Shown here in pieces: positions 50,955 to 64,000 of a stretch of 64,000 nucleotides of DNA. Made by a program: the position numbers and the translations under genes. The notes under the pieces are model-generated. The model made no database searches, was not told the DNA's origin, and saw only the letters and a program-made list of their open reading frames with translations. This DNA is from Octopus sinensis. Its lineage: Eukaryota. Where the stretch lies: positions 4,526,001 to 4,590,000 of the forward strand of contig NC_043008.1 in assembly GCF_006345805.1 (NCBI RefSeq), in the 5' to 3' direction. How positions within the stretch are numbered: the stretch's first letter is position 1; every line of letters begins with the position of its first letter.

Positions 50955-52587
50955 TCATCTAAGAATCCATAAGTCAGAAAAAACAGCCACTCGTATATTT
51001 GTCAACAGTGTGGGTATACTAATATTTCTACGGTACAGAATTATAGAGCCATTTTAGCTGATTTGACCAATCAGTTTTGCACACAAGCTGGATGATGACA
51101 TAAGCAGGCACTCGTCAGAGGAACCGAAATCAGCTTTTGGCCACTGGAGGCAATTACTTAAATCCTGTTCCCTTGTCCTTCATGCATTAATATATACATG
51201 TGTGTTGTGTGAATATGGCTGTATGGTCGGGGAAAGTTCACTTTGCAAACACTAAGGCTTCTGGCTTAATCTCACCCTGCAGCACATTCAGCAATTGCTA
51301 TCTGCCATAAATTCGTCTTCCCCAAAATTTGGGATCTTAATTTGACTTAACAGAACCGTGCAGATGTCCAATTTGGATGTAAATGCAAACACAAACATGC
51401 ACGTACACACACACACACACAATTATAAATTTGTGCATGTGTGCATGCATAAGTGCTTGTTATTTTGCATCTTTACATTAACAATACTTTAAACAGTGGT
51501 GACATTTTTTAATGTGACCTAGAAACAAAATGTCTTGGCCAGTAGTCTGATGTGTGAAGTCCATTGAAGCACCTTACATGAGAATCTGCATCAGGATTGG
51601 CATCTGGTCATAGAGAACTGCCTCAACAAATCATGAGGAAAGTAGGCCTAAAAGTAGTCAGGGATTGTTGTGGTAGTGAGTGTGTGTGCACATGCTTATA
51701 TATATATATATATGTATATACATCAGTGTATTAAATAAGTGCTGTGAATAGGTTCACATCTGTTTGATAAACATGCTTCAGGCCTTGCTACTTAAATAGA
51801 CTCTTGGTTAGAGCATGCAACTCTCTCTGCAGTTGGAACCTGAGAACAATGTGGCTAATTTCAAATGGTTATTGTCATCTTAACACAAAGCCTCCTCCTC
51901 GGGCCCTTCCTACACACAGAGCAAACAGTTTATACCTGCTTGTGAAAAATGCTACAAGTAATAGCCACAGTCATCTCCTTTCAGTCTCACATGAAGCTTG
52001 TATTAAATCTGTGTATCACATTCACATGGAGTGTATATTAGATAACTCGACTCCTCTGACAGCATGTGTGTAGATAAGTTGTGAGTAAATTAGCAAACAC
52101 ATGTTTAATAAATCAGTGATGGTCCCAACTTGACCTCAGACCAACAACAAAAAATAGCAGAAATATATAAAAGAATGCATATTCAGTAAACCCTCATGAA
52201 ACTGTACTGTAAAGGTGAAGCATGCCCCTAGCCAACTCTCTGGGTTAGTGTATAGCATCTGGGTACCTTTTCTGATGTTTCCCAGTATCTTTCATAGGAT
52301 GAGTTTTGTTGATGAGAAACATTCAAAATATGACTTGGCTTTCAGTTTGCTGCTAAATGACTTTTCTCTGACATTTCATTGGTTGTTGTTGTTCACCAAT
52401 CAAAAGCCACAATTGACTTTTGATGCCGTGTTTAAAAATTCAATTTGCAAACCTAGTTTGGTTAATCCCAGAAGTATAAACAGTGATTTTCCCTGGCTAA
52501 CAGTGTGCAATTGACAGAAAAAGTTAAATCCATGGCATTTAGTTTTCTCACCATTTTTGGTTTTGATTCAGCAATATAATATACCTA

Positions 52588-52825
52588 TTTCTTTACTACC
52601 TACTACCCACATGGGGCTAAACACAGAGAGGACAAACAAGGACAGACAAACGGATTAAGTCGATTATATTGATCCCCAGTGCATAACTGGTACTTAATTT
52701 ATCGACCCCGAAAGGATGAAAGGCAAAGTCGACCTCGGCAGAATTTGAACTCAGAACGTAACAGCAGACGAAATACGGCTACGCATTTCGCCCGGTGTGC
52801 TAACGTTTTTGCCAGCTCGCCGCCT
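52588..52825 (-). mobile_element. SINE type C, near full length, inverted relative to 45836-46059
   Basis: The reverse complement aligns over its whole length with 45836-46059. Confidence 0.8.
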
Positions 52826-54059
52826 TCAACAGCTATATTCAGCTATTTAGTATATCTTGATGCTTATCAAACAGGCTCTGAAATGAATTACACATGGTGT
52901 GTTTGTGACTGTACTTTCATAAGCTTTTGGACTTCACAAACACAAAATATATTTAAACATTTCCTTTGGCATCACGTATTTTTGTTCTGTTTTTAACTGG
53001 GACTGAATTCATTTTGAACCACATTTACAGTGTTAAAACCAAATGTATAAAGCAACTTACTTGTTGCTGTCTGTGTAACAGTAATAGCAAACCAGCCCAG
53101 CTGGAAACCAATTGCAATAGTTAATATTTTATATATGTATATACAATGCAACCCATTATTAACAGCAACAAAATTGAAGCTATTATTAAAAATGAATATT
53201 TTTATGAAATATAGATATTTTATGAAGTTATTTGAGATTGTAATGTTTAAAAAATTAAAATGGTAATACCATAAATTGTTCCTGCCGTTTACTTGTGATA
53301 ATAAAGATGATGGATGAGCATGATGCAATGAAGGGGAAGATAACATTAGAAGAGATGACTTGTTCAGAGATCTTGGAGTTGTGATGCTTACTGGTCCTTG
53401 CCTCTCACTTATTGACATTTGAGGTGACCAAAGATGGTCTGCGATTACATGGAGATCCTTCATATCTACAGGCGTGACAGCTGCAGCAGGGATGGGATTA
53501 GTTAGCTTGAAGAATGGGTTAAAAACAAGTGGACATTTTCCATGTTATTCATATAACCAGTAGAAACTAGTATAGTGGGGCTCAAAGAAGTGTATCCGTT
53601 TCAGCCAGCAGTTGTCTAAGTTAACCAATGCTAGGCATTGATATTCTATACAAATACAATATTGGGAATATATTCAATGTATGCTTAATATAATACATAG
53701 AAAACAAGATTATGGAAAACATTAAGTAATTATATAACTATAATTATATATGAAATATGAATAGATATTTACAGGAATTATTTAAAATTACAATACATAA
53801 AAGATTAAAATGTTGATAGTATATATTGTTAAATCAATTTACCATTGTTGTGGAGGTGGAGGTACACTTGGAGGTTATAAATGACCATTATCAGTTAGTA
53901 GAACTAGGACACATCAGTGGTTCTTATTTCTCACTCATAGACATTTGAATGGAATAGGCACTGAATCAACAGTATGTGGATCATCAATATCTAAATGTGT
54001 GGAGGAGGGAGGCAGTGACAGTGTGTGTATGTTCCTACATATGGATATATATATATATT

Positions 54060-54385
54060 TGACAGAGCAGCCAACTGACTTCCGTGCCAGTGGCACATAA
54101 AAGCCACCATTCGAGCATGATCGTTACCAGCATCGCCTTACTGGCACTTGTGCTGGTGGCACATGAAAAAGCATTCGAGCGAGGTCATTGTCAGTACCGC
54201 CTGACTGGCCCCCATGCCAGTGGCACATAAAAGCCCCCACTACACTCTTGGAGTGGTTGGCGTTAGGAAGGGCATCCAGCTGTAGAAACTCTGCCAGATC
54301 AGACTGGAGCCTGTTGCAGCTCTCCAGATTGCCAGCTCTAGTCAAACTGTCCAACCCATGCCAGCATGGAAAACAGATGGTGATG
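54060..54385 (+). mobile_element. SINE type B
   Basis: Internal sub-repeats, central motif and tail. Confidence 0.78.
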
Positions 54386-54699
54386 GTATATATATATCAA
54401 TATATTAAATAGCCAAATTGCTGTAAAAAATTCGGCAAGCACCCCAGCTGCAGCAGTGTTGGGAAAAATCAGTTTGAAGAATGATTCAAGTTTTTCTTGT
54501 TTACTTTGCAGATGTTGCTTCTGAATAATGATTCCATTAAAGTTCTAAAATGTTGATAAAACTGCTGGAAATCAATTTCTTGACCAGTCCATATCCAAAA
54601 TAATATTAGCAAAGGATCTTCATATCACAAAGAGTTTGTATTTCTTGAGCAGTAATTCATTGCCTTCATCATCCTCGTTACAACTGCTCTCATCATAGT

Positions 54700-56100
54700 T
54701 CCTTCTTCTACGATCACTTGACATCTGGAGTCACCCTCTCGACCTTCCAGCTAGATTATCATGTTTTATGTATCATCTGTTTTGCTTGCTTTCTGAAAAA
54801 TCCAACATAAATCCCATGCATTAAATATTTGAAAATCGTATTATACTTCCACATTGTCCAGAAGTTATTTTCTTCCTCAAGCATCTTTCATTAGAGTGAT
54901 AGTCTTCAGTAATTGCCATGAAGCTACTAAATAAAATGTTGCAAACTGGAGGCTAGTCTTTGTCCTCCTGTGTCTTCTCAAAGAACATCCTCTTCTACCA
55001 CCATGAGAACTTTTCAACCCAATATGTTCACAGGCGTAATCCCTTGCGGGTTACAATTATACATTGATCCATCAGCAGAATCAAGGAAGTAACATTCAGG
55101 GGCAAGAATAGCTTCCTTATTTTACTATCGTTACCAGTAAATTGGTAACCATTTGGGTGAACAGTTGCAGTGTGCAAAATTAATAATGCTTTAACCTCAT
55201 TGGCAGAAAGGTAGAGGACATTTTCCTAGTATTTACATACTAAAGGGATTAACATGAGAAAAACCATTCATTAAAGATATATATATATTGCATCATGGTT
55301 TTTTGAATAGTAATATTTCACTTATGATATCTTGTACATCAGGTCTTTGAAAACTTGCAGACACGCTGGCGTCTAGACCACTCTTAACTTGAAAGAAAGC
55401 GTACTGCACATGTTGATGCAGACACACTGCCAAAGCGCATTCCTTAGTTTTTGAGCTGGTGCAGCAGCTTTGTTTGAAAAGCTTGGATATTCAGGGATAA
55501 GCGATTTGCCAGCACAACCCAGTTTTATCTCTATTATACACTCGGAACATTAGGAGCCCTTCACACTTAAGTCAATTAGCTGCTTGCTGAATAATTTAAT
55601 TTTCTCAATTGGTGCGCTGCCTGCTTTGCTGTAGGTAATTTTATTAAATATTCTGTAGCAACTTCTAAATTGCCATAACCACACCTCAATAGCTTTTAAA
55701 TTCTCAATGCCCGCATGCCTAGTTAGCTTGGCAGCAGCATTTTGGTTTTCTACTTAACTTACGTTGTTACCACAAGATTATTGATGGATAAAAGACTTCA
55801 TCTCTGTCTTCTTGAGATTTGTATGCTTTGGAACTTTCAAATGGTTCCTTACAACAACAGAGGATGATTTAGAATTTACATCAACAGTATATGTATTTCA
55901 AAGAAAATGAAGTGATTTCGTCCTTAGCCGAAAAATATCTGAAACTTAGTAGTACCACATACTTTACAAATTCTTCTCCTCAAAGCACCAGTCTCTAACT
56001 TCCTTACAAATTTCAGTTTCTGGTTCGCAAATATGGTTTTGAGCAACTTTCAGTTATTATTTTCTCTTGAAGTCCAGATGTAAAATATGAAACTGAAAAA
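54700..56100 (-). mobile_element. Degraded pogo/Tigger-like transposase relic (boundaries approximate)
   Basis: Minus-strand fragments AAAKLTRHAGIENLKAIEVWLWQFR (FKAS.GWL..F motif), YNRDKTGLCWQ (YNADETGLFW) and LPLNVTSLILLMDQ (LP.NVTSLIQPMDQ), with multiple stops and frameshifts. Confidence 0.7.
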
Positions 56101-57440
56101 TGTTTAATCAATAAGATATCAATGAAAGTTTCAGAAAAGCATAACTCTAGTGCATGGTGCAGGTCACCTACGGTGGTTATTGTTACAATAGGCACTGTGC
56201 TTCTGTGCTGAACCTACTAAGCATTACTCAAAAATAAACTTGCAATCTGGAGGTTATTCTGACTTAATCCTCGTTTATGAGGTTGTATTATCAGACTTGA
56301 AAACAAATTACACCATAAAAAAGGAATTATTATGAAGAAAATCAGTTTCAGTTTGAAAATTTCAGTGAATTTATTCATACAGCTTTTCACCATGAAACCC
56401 TAGTGTTTATGAAAAGGAATGCAAAGGTGCATATAAACAGAGAGAGGGGGGTGAATTTGAATGAATTTAAATAAATGTGAAAATATGAGGCAAGTTAGAC
56501 AAGTGAAGGGTGCTAGAAAGAAAGGATATATTTCATAGAGAGTATAAAAGGGGAAAATGCTTTCAAATTTTGGCCCAAGATTATCAATTTTGAGGAAGGG
56601 GATAATCGCTTACATCAACCCCAGTCCTCACCTGATATTTATTTTATTGACCCCCAAAGCGATGAAAGGTAAAGTTGACCTTGGCAAGAACCTGAACCAA
56701 TAATGAATTAGAAGAAATGCTACTAAAAGTTTTGTCTAATGTGCTCACGATTCTGCCAATTTGCTGTCTTTGTCAAAGAGTATATACAGAATACGTATGA
56801 GTGAGATGTGGCTCAACTTTGGCCCTTGTCTTTTCTCACAATCTAAGCAGTGCTTATGATCTACCAAGCTTCTTAGTGTACAGATCCGTCTCAGAACAAT
56901 TGCTGCAGTATTTCATGGAAGACAGAAAAATGAGTTTCCCCAACCCATGCCAGCATGGAAAGCAGACGTTAAACGATGATGATGATGATGATTATGTTCT
57001 CCAGTTATACTGAAGAATGAGATGAATACTTTCGATGAATTGACGGGTTTTGATATTGGTGAAGTTATCACTAAAACACTCAAAATATACACTCTGACAT
57101 TACTGATAGACAAAAACAAGCAGAAGAAGAAAACACTGACAGTCTCCTTACTCTGGTTCCATTGGATAGATCTGATATCCAGTTTAAAAGACTCCGGTTC
57201 AATTAGGCCTTACTGTGTATGCATTTGCATAGTGTAAGGATGTGGGGTTGGAATGTGGTGGGTCTGTATTTCAATGGGCCAGCCATGTCACATTCTGTAT
57301 CATGCTGGATCTATCTGAAAACTATGTTAAGGGTACACCTGCCTGTGGAGTACTCAGCCACTTGCACATTAATTCCACGAGCAGGCTGTTCTGTTGGACA
57401 GGTCAACTGGAACCCTCATCATAACTGACAGAGTGCCAGT

Positions 57441-57471
<31 letters not shown>

Positions 57472-58180
57472 ACGTACATGCACATGCATTCACACACACA
57501 CACACACACAATCTGTTGCTTGTGTGTGTATAATATAAATAATTATAAAGATTTATATTAAGACAAGGACAAACCCACTTTCTGTTATTGTCCAATCTTC
57601 TTGACCATGTCACTGAAACTCTATACAGAGATCTAAGAATATTGAGAACCCCGATAACTCATCCTCATTTCAGACAACCCTGTTATTGCTTATCACTATT
57701 ATTTATGTCTCTGTGACTCATGCTTTTCACTCTGTCAAAAGGTTAACAGGAGAGAAGCTACATGGGGTCATGGGGTCTTTACAGACATGTTGAGGAGATG
57801 GCTGCTCTTCTGGTGTCATGTAACACAAAGGCACATCAAGTACACTCTGTAAAGTGTAAGTCTTGAGGACCTTTTAATCAGGTCAAGGACACGATAGCTC
57901 TCTGGTTCTGGTTCTGGTACCCAGGAAAAATCACCCAGTACAATCTGTGAAATGATTGGTATTAGGGAGAGCAATCAGCTGTAGAAACCAAGCCAAAAAT
58001 GACACACTCCAACAAGATATGACCCTCTGATCCATGAGAAATACTTCCAAATACATGCTGACTCCAATCATGATGATCCAGCCAACCCATGCCAGCATAG
58101 GAAGCAAACATAAAATTATAATGATGATGATGATGATGATACTGTATGTATGTACACACACACACATATATATATATATA

Positions 58181-59487
58181 TGAAGTTTTTCAAAAGGAGA
58201 ACAAACATTTTTAAAATGCAAATTTATTGATTTGCATGCAACTTAATTAGACTTATCTCCTTCACCATATCCGTCCCTTCTGTTGCTTTCCCAGTTTTGC
58301 AACACCAGCTGTAATAACAGACTTTCAAGTTAGTCTGCAGGTCTCGTGATGAATCTTTCTTTGTTCTTTTCTGTTATCAGAAATCAGTAAACTTTAGATG
58401 TTGAAAAAAATAAATAAAATAGAAATTCTGCAGAAAACCAAATCTAAGGAGAAGACATGGCTGGGAAATAAAGGGTCATCCCGAGCTTTGCTAAAATGTC
58501 TTGGATAAGGAGTGCTGAGTAAGTTGACCCGTTGTAGTAGCACAGCATCTGGATTTTGTTTGTCCATTCCTGAAGCTCCTTCCTCCACACATCTAAAAAC
58601 TTTATTGATTAACTGACCCTATGGAACAAACTCACCATGAATGACTCCTTTCCAATCAGAAAAGGACAAATAATAACATCACTTTCACACTTGAGCAACT
58701 CTAACATGCTGTTCATGGTGGTGGTGATGATGATGATGATGATGATGTGGGCCACTGCGATAACTGCCTTTTTTTTGTTTGAGTTGAACATTTATACTTC
58801 ATCAACTGCAATGATACTTTTCAGAAAATTATTCTCAACATCGAATTGATGAAACAGATCCTCACAATAACATGGTGTTTTTTTTCTTTTTGTTCAAATG
58901 TCGAAAGATGTGGGGCAAATTTTGCAGCAATATGGTTCACCTTAATTCTTTTCAAATTTTGTGGTACAGTTTTTCAGATGCTTACCTTTTGGGAAATGTC
59001 AAGGTCAGCCAAGAGAGGATTTCCACAGATCACAAAATGCACTTTTGCAATATGATCGTTCACTGTTGTCATAGAAGGTGATCTCCATTTGGGATTGTCT
59101 TCAGTGGATCTTCTATATTGGAAACATTGGCAATGCAAATGATATTGCATACACAGCACATACATCTTCCCCATAGACCTGGTGCAGCATAAGAAAAGTA
59201 ACTTTAAAAGCATTTTTGCAATTTGAAATCAAATTTCAGAGAAAGCTAATTGTTCTTCCAGATTCTGTGTTGTCCAATTTGTTGCAACAAATTGCCAACT
59301 GCATTAAACATACAATCACTCTAGACCTTGCAAATCAATGATCAATAACTGATAGCCACGGTATCATGTGGTTATTATTAGACTAGAGGTCAGATTCACC
59401 TGTGCAGAGTTTTACTGTTGCAAGTATGCTGCACCAGATGGTTGATAAACTGTTGGAGATAGTTCAATTTCTTTTAGAACAAACTTG
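58181..59487 (-). mobile_element. Old ~1.3-kb mariner fossil
   Basis: Minus-strand relics HIAAKFAPHL..EQK, PSHVFSLDL (HPPYSPDLAP-like) and LQNW...GEGDK. Degenerate TIRs, with TA at the left end. Confidence 0.65.
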
Positions 59488-59904
59488 TGTGCAGGTGTAG
59501 GGGAGGTGCAGGTGTGTGTGGGCAGGTGTAAAGATTGAAGGATTAAGAAATTTGCTTCTTAATTATGGGGTACCAGATTCAAACTTACTGCATGACTTCG
59601 TGGATAAATATCTTGTGGCATAGTCTTTGTTCAACTGAAGTGTTGAGAATGAAATAATTAGATAAGCAGAAACTATGTGGAACTCCATCGAATGGAGTGT
59701 GTGTATATTCAAAGGTCTGGCCTTGTTATACACAATCTGTCACACTGTCTATGCCTGAGGATAATGTTAAAGGTACACACATCTATGGAATACTCAACCA
59801 CTTACACCATGATTCAATGAGTAAGAAGTCCTATCCATCAAATAACTGGAATACTCCTTGTCAAAACTGCTGGAAGATCCATTTATTAACAATTTATGAT
59901 ATCA

Positions 59905-60029
59905 GCACATTGTGGCTGTGTGGTAAGAAGCTTGCTTCCCAAGTACATGGTTCTTGGTTCAGTCCTATTGCATGGCACCTTAGGCAAGTGTCTTTTACTA
60001 TAGCCTCGGGCTTACCGAAGCCTGTTGTG

Positions 60030-60100
<71 letters not shown>

Positions 60101-60262
60101 ATGTATGTGTGTGTCTGTGTTTGTCCCCATAACTTAGCAGTTCAGCAAAAGAGACCCATAGAATAAGTGCTAGGCTTACAAAGAATAAGTCTTGGGGGTC
60201 AATTTCTTTAAGGCAGTGCTCCAGCATGGCTGCAGTCAAATGACTGAAGCAAGTAAAAGACT
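59905..60262 (+). mobile_element. SINE type A, near full length
   Basis: Head, body and tail ending gactgaagcaagtaaaaga. Confidence 0.8.
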
Positions 60263-61205
60263 ATATATATATATATACAGATGTTTGCTTGTACATGTGC
60301 ACAGGCATGGTATTGTGCTTGCTTCCCAACCATGTGGTTGCATGTCTGATTCTACAGCATTGAAAGTTGCATGTCTTTGACCATAGTTGCAAATTGATAA
60401 GTAGCTGGAAGCAAAATTTAGCAAAGAGAAACTGTGTGGAAACTATCACCATCATCATCATTGTTTAACATCTGCCCCCTCCATGCTAGCATGGGTGAGA
60501 CAGTTTCACAAGAGCCAGGCAGAATACAATTCCTCACTGTATTCATGGCCGACTTTCACCCTACTCACACCACCACTGTACATGGCTTTTACAGCTCTAA
60601 CAAGCCACTCCGCTACTCCTAACTTCCTTAGAGACCACCGTATAACAGAGTGAGGAACTCTGTCGAAAGCTTTCTACAGGTCGACAAAGGCTAAGTACAA
60701 TGGCTTACTTTTGGCCAAGTACTTTTCCTGCAGCAGTCTCACTAGGAAGATGGCATCTGTATTCATATATGTCTAAGTACAAGTCTTTGTGTGGATATAT
60801 GTATTTATAAAGATATATATATTGATGTATTTTTATCATATATGTACCTGGGTATATGTGTGTGTATTTTATGTATATATATTTAAAAAGGAATGTAGAA
60901 ATATACAACGAAGGATATATCATACACAGCAATTATTTATGAATATATCAATGGCCAAACATGTAATAATAAATTACACAAAAGAAGAGTGTTTATGATT
61001 ATGAATAAATCACATTGGAGAGGGTTGCAAAAACCCTTACATGTTTAGAAATAGCAGTGAAAGCTGGAATTCAGAATTTGACTGTGTAGATACATGTAAA
61101 CCCCAAGCTATGATTTTGTACCAATTTGTATCTATTGGAATATTCTCCTGATTAGAAGAATGGAACTGTTATAGTGTTTTTAAATCCGTTATTTAATTGT
61201 ACATA

Positions 61206-62091
61206 AAGGGTGCAGTGAATATATTGTCTAAATTATGCAAAAATGAAAATAACACTGACATCTGATTTTAACAGATATATTTACCAAAATTACATAAAAG
61301 TATCTTGAAATACTAAACAGTAAATTTATTCAATAAAATTGCCATTGGCTTCAACTGTGGCTTCCAGACGACTTCAGAATCGCCTGGAAATCTTCTGGAC
61401 GGTCTCCTTGTTTAAGTTGGTGAATGCTGCCATAATCCTTGCCTTCAGTTCATCTTTGGTGTTACAAGGAGTTTTGTTGATCTCTCGCTCAATTGTGCCC
61501 CACATATAATAATCAAGGGGGTTGCAGTTTGGGGAGTTAGGTGGCCAGATGTTAGGGGTGATGTGGTTGAAGAAATTGTCTGACAGCCATGACTGGGTTC
61601 TCCTGGTTTTGTAACATGGTGTAGAGTCCTGTTGCCAAACATAGGGTCTTTCAGCAGCCACCCTCTTGACCCAGGGCAGCACTACCTCCTCCAGGAACTT
61701 GATATAAACCTCCGTGTTAAGCCTGAGGCCATGTCGGAAGTTGAATGGAGCCACAATGTTGCCATCACTTGTGATCATTCTAAACACCAATATGTTGACT
61801 GGATGTTTGGTTTTTATCACTCTCAGTACATATTTTGGGGACACAGCAAGCCAGTGGTTGTTCTGTGTGCTCACCCTTTGTTCATACTGGAGCTTCTGGC
61901 ATGAACACCAAGCAGTACAGCATTTTGTTTCCAAATTTCTGGCCGAGTGAATTGTGTCATGGTGTTGTTTTTCTCACAGATGGTGCCCAACTGACCCTAC
62001 TATACTATGTAGTCAACAAAATCAAAACCCAACAATGCACATGCACAAAATTAAAAATATAAAATGGTGACAATTTACCCATCACACCCTG
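61206..62091 (-). mobile_element. DD37D (maT/Bmmar1-type) transposon relic
   Basis: ORF 61374-61934 has KTKHPVNILVF, YVWQQD...WPPNSPNCNPLDY with exactly 37 residues between the last two Asp. TA-flanked imperfect TIRs (aagggtgcagtg / catcacaccctg). Confidence 0.85.
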
Positions 62092-62889
62092 TATGTGTGT
62101 GTGTGTATATATACATACATACATACATATATACATACATACATACATACATACATACATACACACACACACAATATCATTAATATGTTTCTAATTACAT
62201 TGTCTTCATTGTTTTTGTTTTACTTTTTCTGTTTTCTTTTTAGTCCAACCCCCTTTTCAATTATTTCTCTTTCTTATTTTCTATTACCTTCTCATCGCTA
62301 TTTCCTTGTGATTGCTGTAATACATTCTTTGATTGATGATGTTTCTGAGGCTAAACACACACCTGCTTCCTTCTTACTACGATATATTTCTTCTTCTTCA
62401 AACTGAAATAATTTTTTTATATTTGATTAGTTCTTTTGGAGGTGTTTTTTTTTTTCTCATACATTCTGATAGTCTTATATTCATACATACGTATGTGTAT
62501 TCACGTAAATGCGTATGTGCGAATCTTTTGCCTATTTATATGAGTGTGGCTGTGTGTACCATTTATCTGTTTAGTTGGCCAAAATGTTATTTTCCTTTGC
62601 AATTCCTTATGAAACACCTTCGTATTTTGGCTGAAATTTAATTTGTTTTATTTTCGAAATCAGTTGATTTCTCTTATTTACAATGATTTATTTGTTTTCT
62701 ATTATATGAACCTAAAATTCTAGTCTTATGCACACACACACAACCCACCCACACTCCACAGCTCAAAGCCTTTTCAGTGTTTTTAAATGCAGGGGACAAG
62801 TTACAGTCTCAGGATGGCTCCTCGGTGAAATGTTAACAAATTTACTTGTGCCAGTAATATGGCACAAGTAAATTCAGTTTTCAATGACA

Positions 62890-63010
<121 letters not shown>

Positions 63011-63460
63011 TGTAATAAAAATGATGATAACAGCAACAACAATGCTTTATTTCAGATATTCTGTATTTATGTGTGTTTTTTTTTAAATAATGCTTTTGGT
63101 ATTTGTTCCTGAAGGTAAATCAAGAATGGATGAGCAAGGATTATTTCATCTTTTGTTGGAGTTTTTTTTAAATGCTAAAAATATTCATCTATCAAAGTTT
63201 TCTTTATTTAAGCGATTCAGTCCTTTTCTTTCTCTTCTTCTGTTTCCATTCCTCATTTTTGTAGTGCTCATATCATTGTTTTTATGTGATGTGATTCTGT
63301 GTGTGTTTGTGTGTGTTTGTGTGTGTGTGTTATATGTATATGTTCAACTAGTGTATTTGCAAATATATGCAAATTTATAAAAATCTCTTTCTACTTTATT
63401 AAATGCATTTGTTGAGAGAGTCATAGCCAGGATACAGACATATAAGATACACACACATAA

Positions 63461-63505
<45 letters not shown>

Positions 63506-63865
63506 TACTCACAGATACATAAATATACTCAATATCATTTGAATTATATGTCTGCATTGAGATTATATAACTAAAAGTTACAAATGGTTTTTGTCAGAAT
63601 TTCCATGCAAACCATAACTCCACCTTCTCATGTATTTTGTTGCTATTAATTCAATTTTATACCTGTTCCTACTTATAAGATACATATTGGTAAATTTACT
63701 CTTTTTAATCAGTACTTTGAAAAACTCAAAGCAAACAAAATATGGCACCTTTATCAGTATTCAATACTTTTATAAATTACATCATGCTCTGGTATAGATC
63801 TTGTGTTGATTTCTTTCTTTCGTTTTTTTTTTTTTTTGTCTTATGAAGAAACACAATCTGGTGTG

Positions 63866-63923
<58 letters not shown>

Positions 63924-64000
63924 CATTTAATGTACACAGTATAAAAGTACACATTGCTAATAGTTTCTTGTAGTGGAGACACGAGTCTAGGCATGTTTTT

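Noticed and set aside
52993-53463. 156-aa minus-strand ORF
   Set aside because: No recognisable motif, and the AT-rich F/I/N/K composition is typical of non-coding DNA.
60630-60690. ACAGAGT-GAGGA-ACTCTGT hairpin followed by CGAAAG, hammerhead-like
   Set aside because: No CUGANGA upstream and no stem I/III pairing.

Overview
AT-rich, microsatellite- and SINE-saturated animal DNA. The SINE repertoire and dense (TA)n/(CA)n arrays point to a coleoid cephalopod, most likely Octopus (inference). The only host coding sequence I can support is two + strand exons (31031-31155 and 46166-46376, joined by a 15,010-bp GT-AG intron) that splice in frame into one Ig domain of a Dpr/DIP/Zig-like cell-adhesion protein. 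Everything else is intron or flank filled with mobile DNA: a young 5'-truncated CR1/L2-type LINE, RTE and other LINE relics, a full-length IR/DR Tc1 fossil, three mariner relics, a DD37D (maT) relic, a pogo/Tigger relic, hAT and pogo MITEs, and four SINE types. The most notable finding is minimal type-I hammerhead ribozymes on the minus strand. One family lies in a ~604-bp head-to-tail tandem array (5751-7185) and a second lies at 17704-17784, both in Penelope-like pseudo-LTR/retrozyme-type DNA. There is also a recurrent set of fold-back palindromes beside microsatellites, and a 24-bp (octapeptide-periodic) array that has grown an identical 99-bp higher-order repeat. Nearly all ORFs in the supplied track are microsatellite or antisense artefacts. 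Several apparent lesions are single-base homopolymer indels and may be long-read assembly errors.
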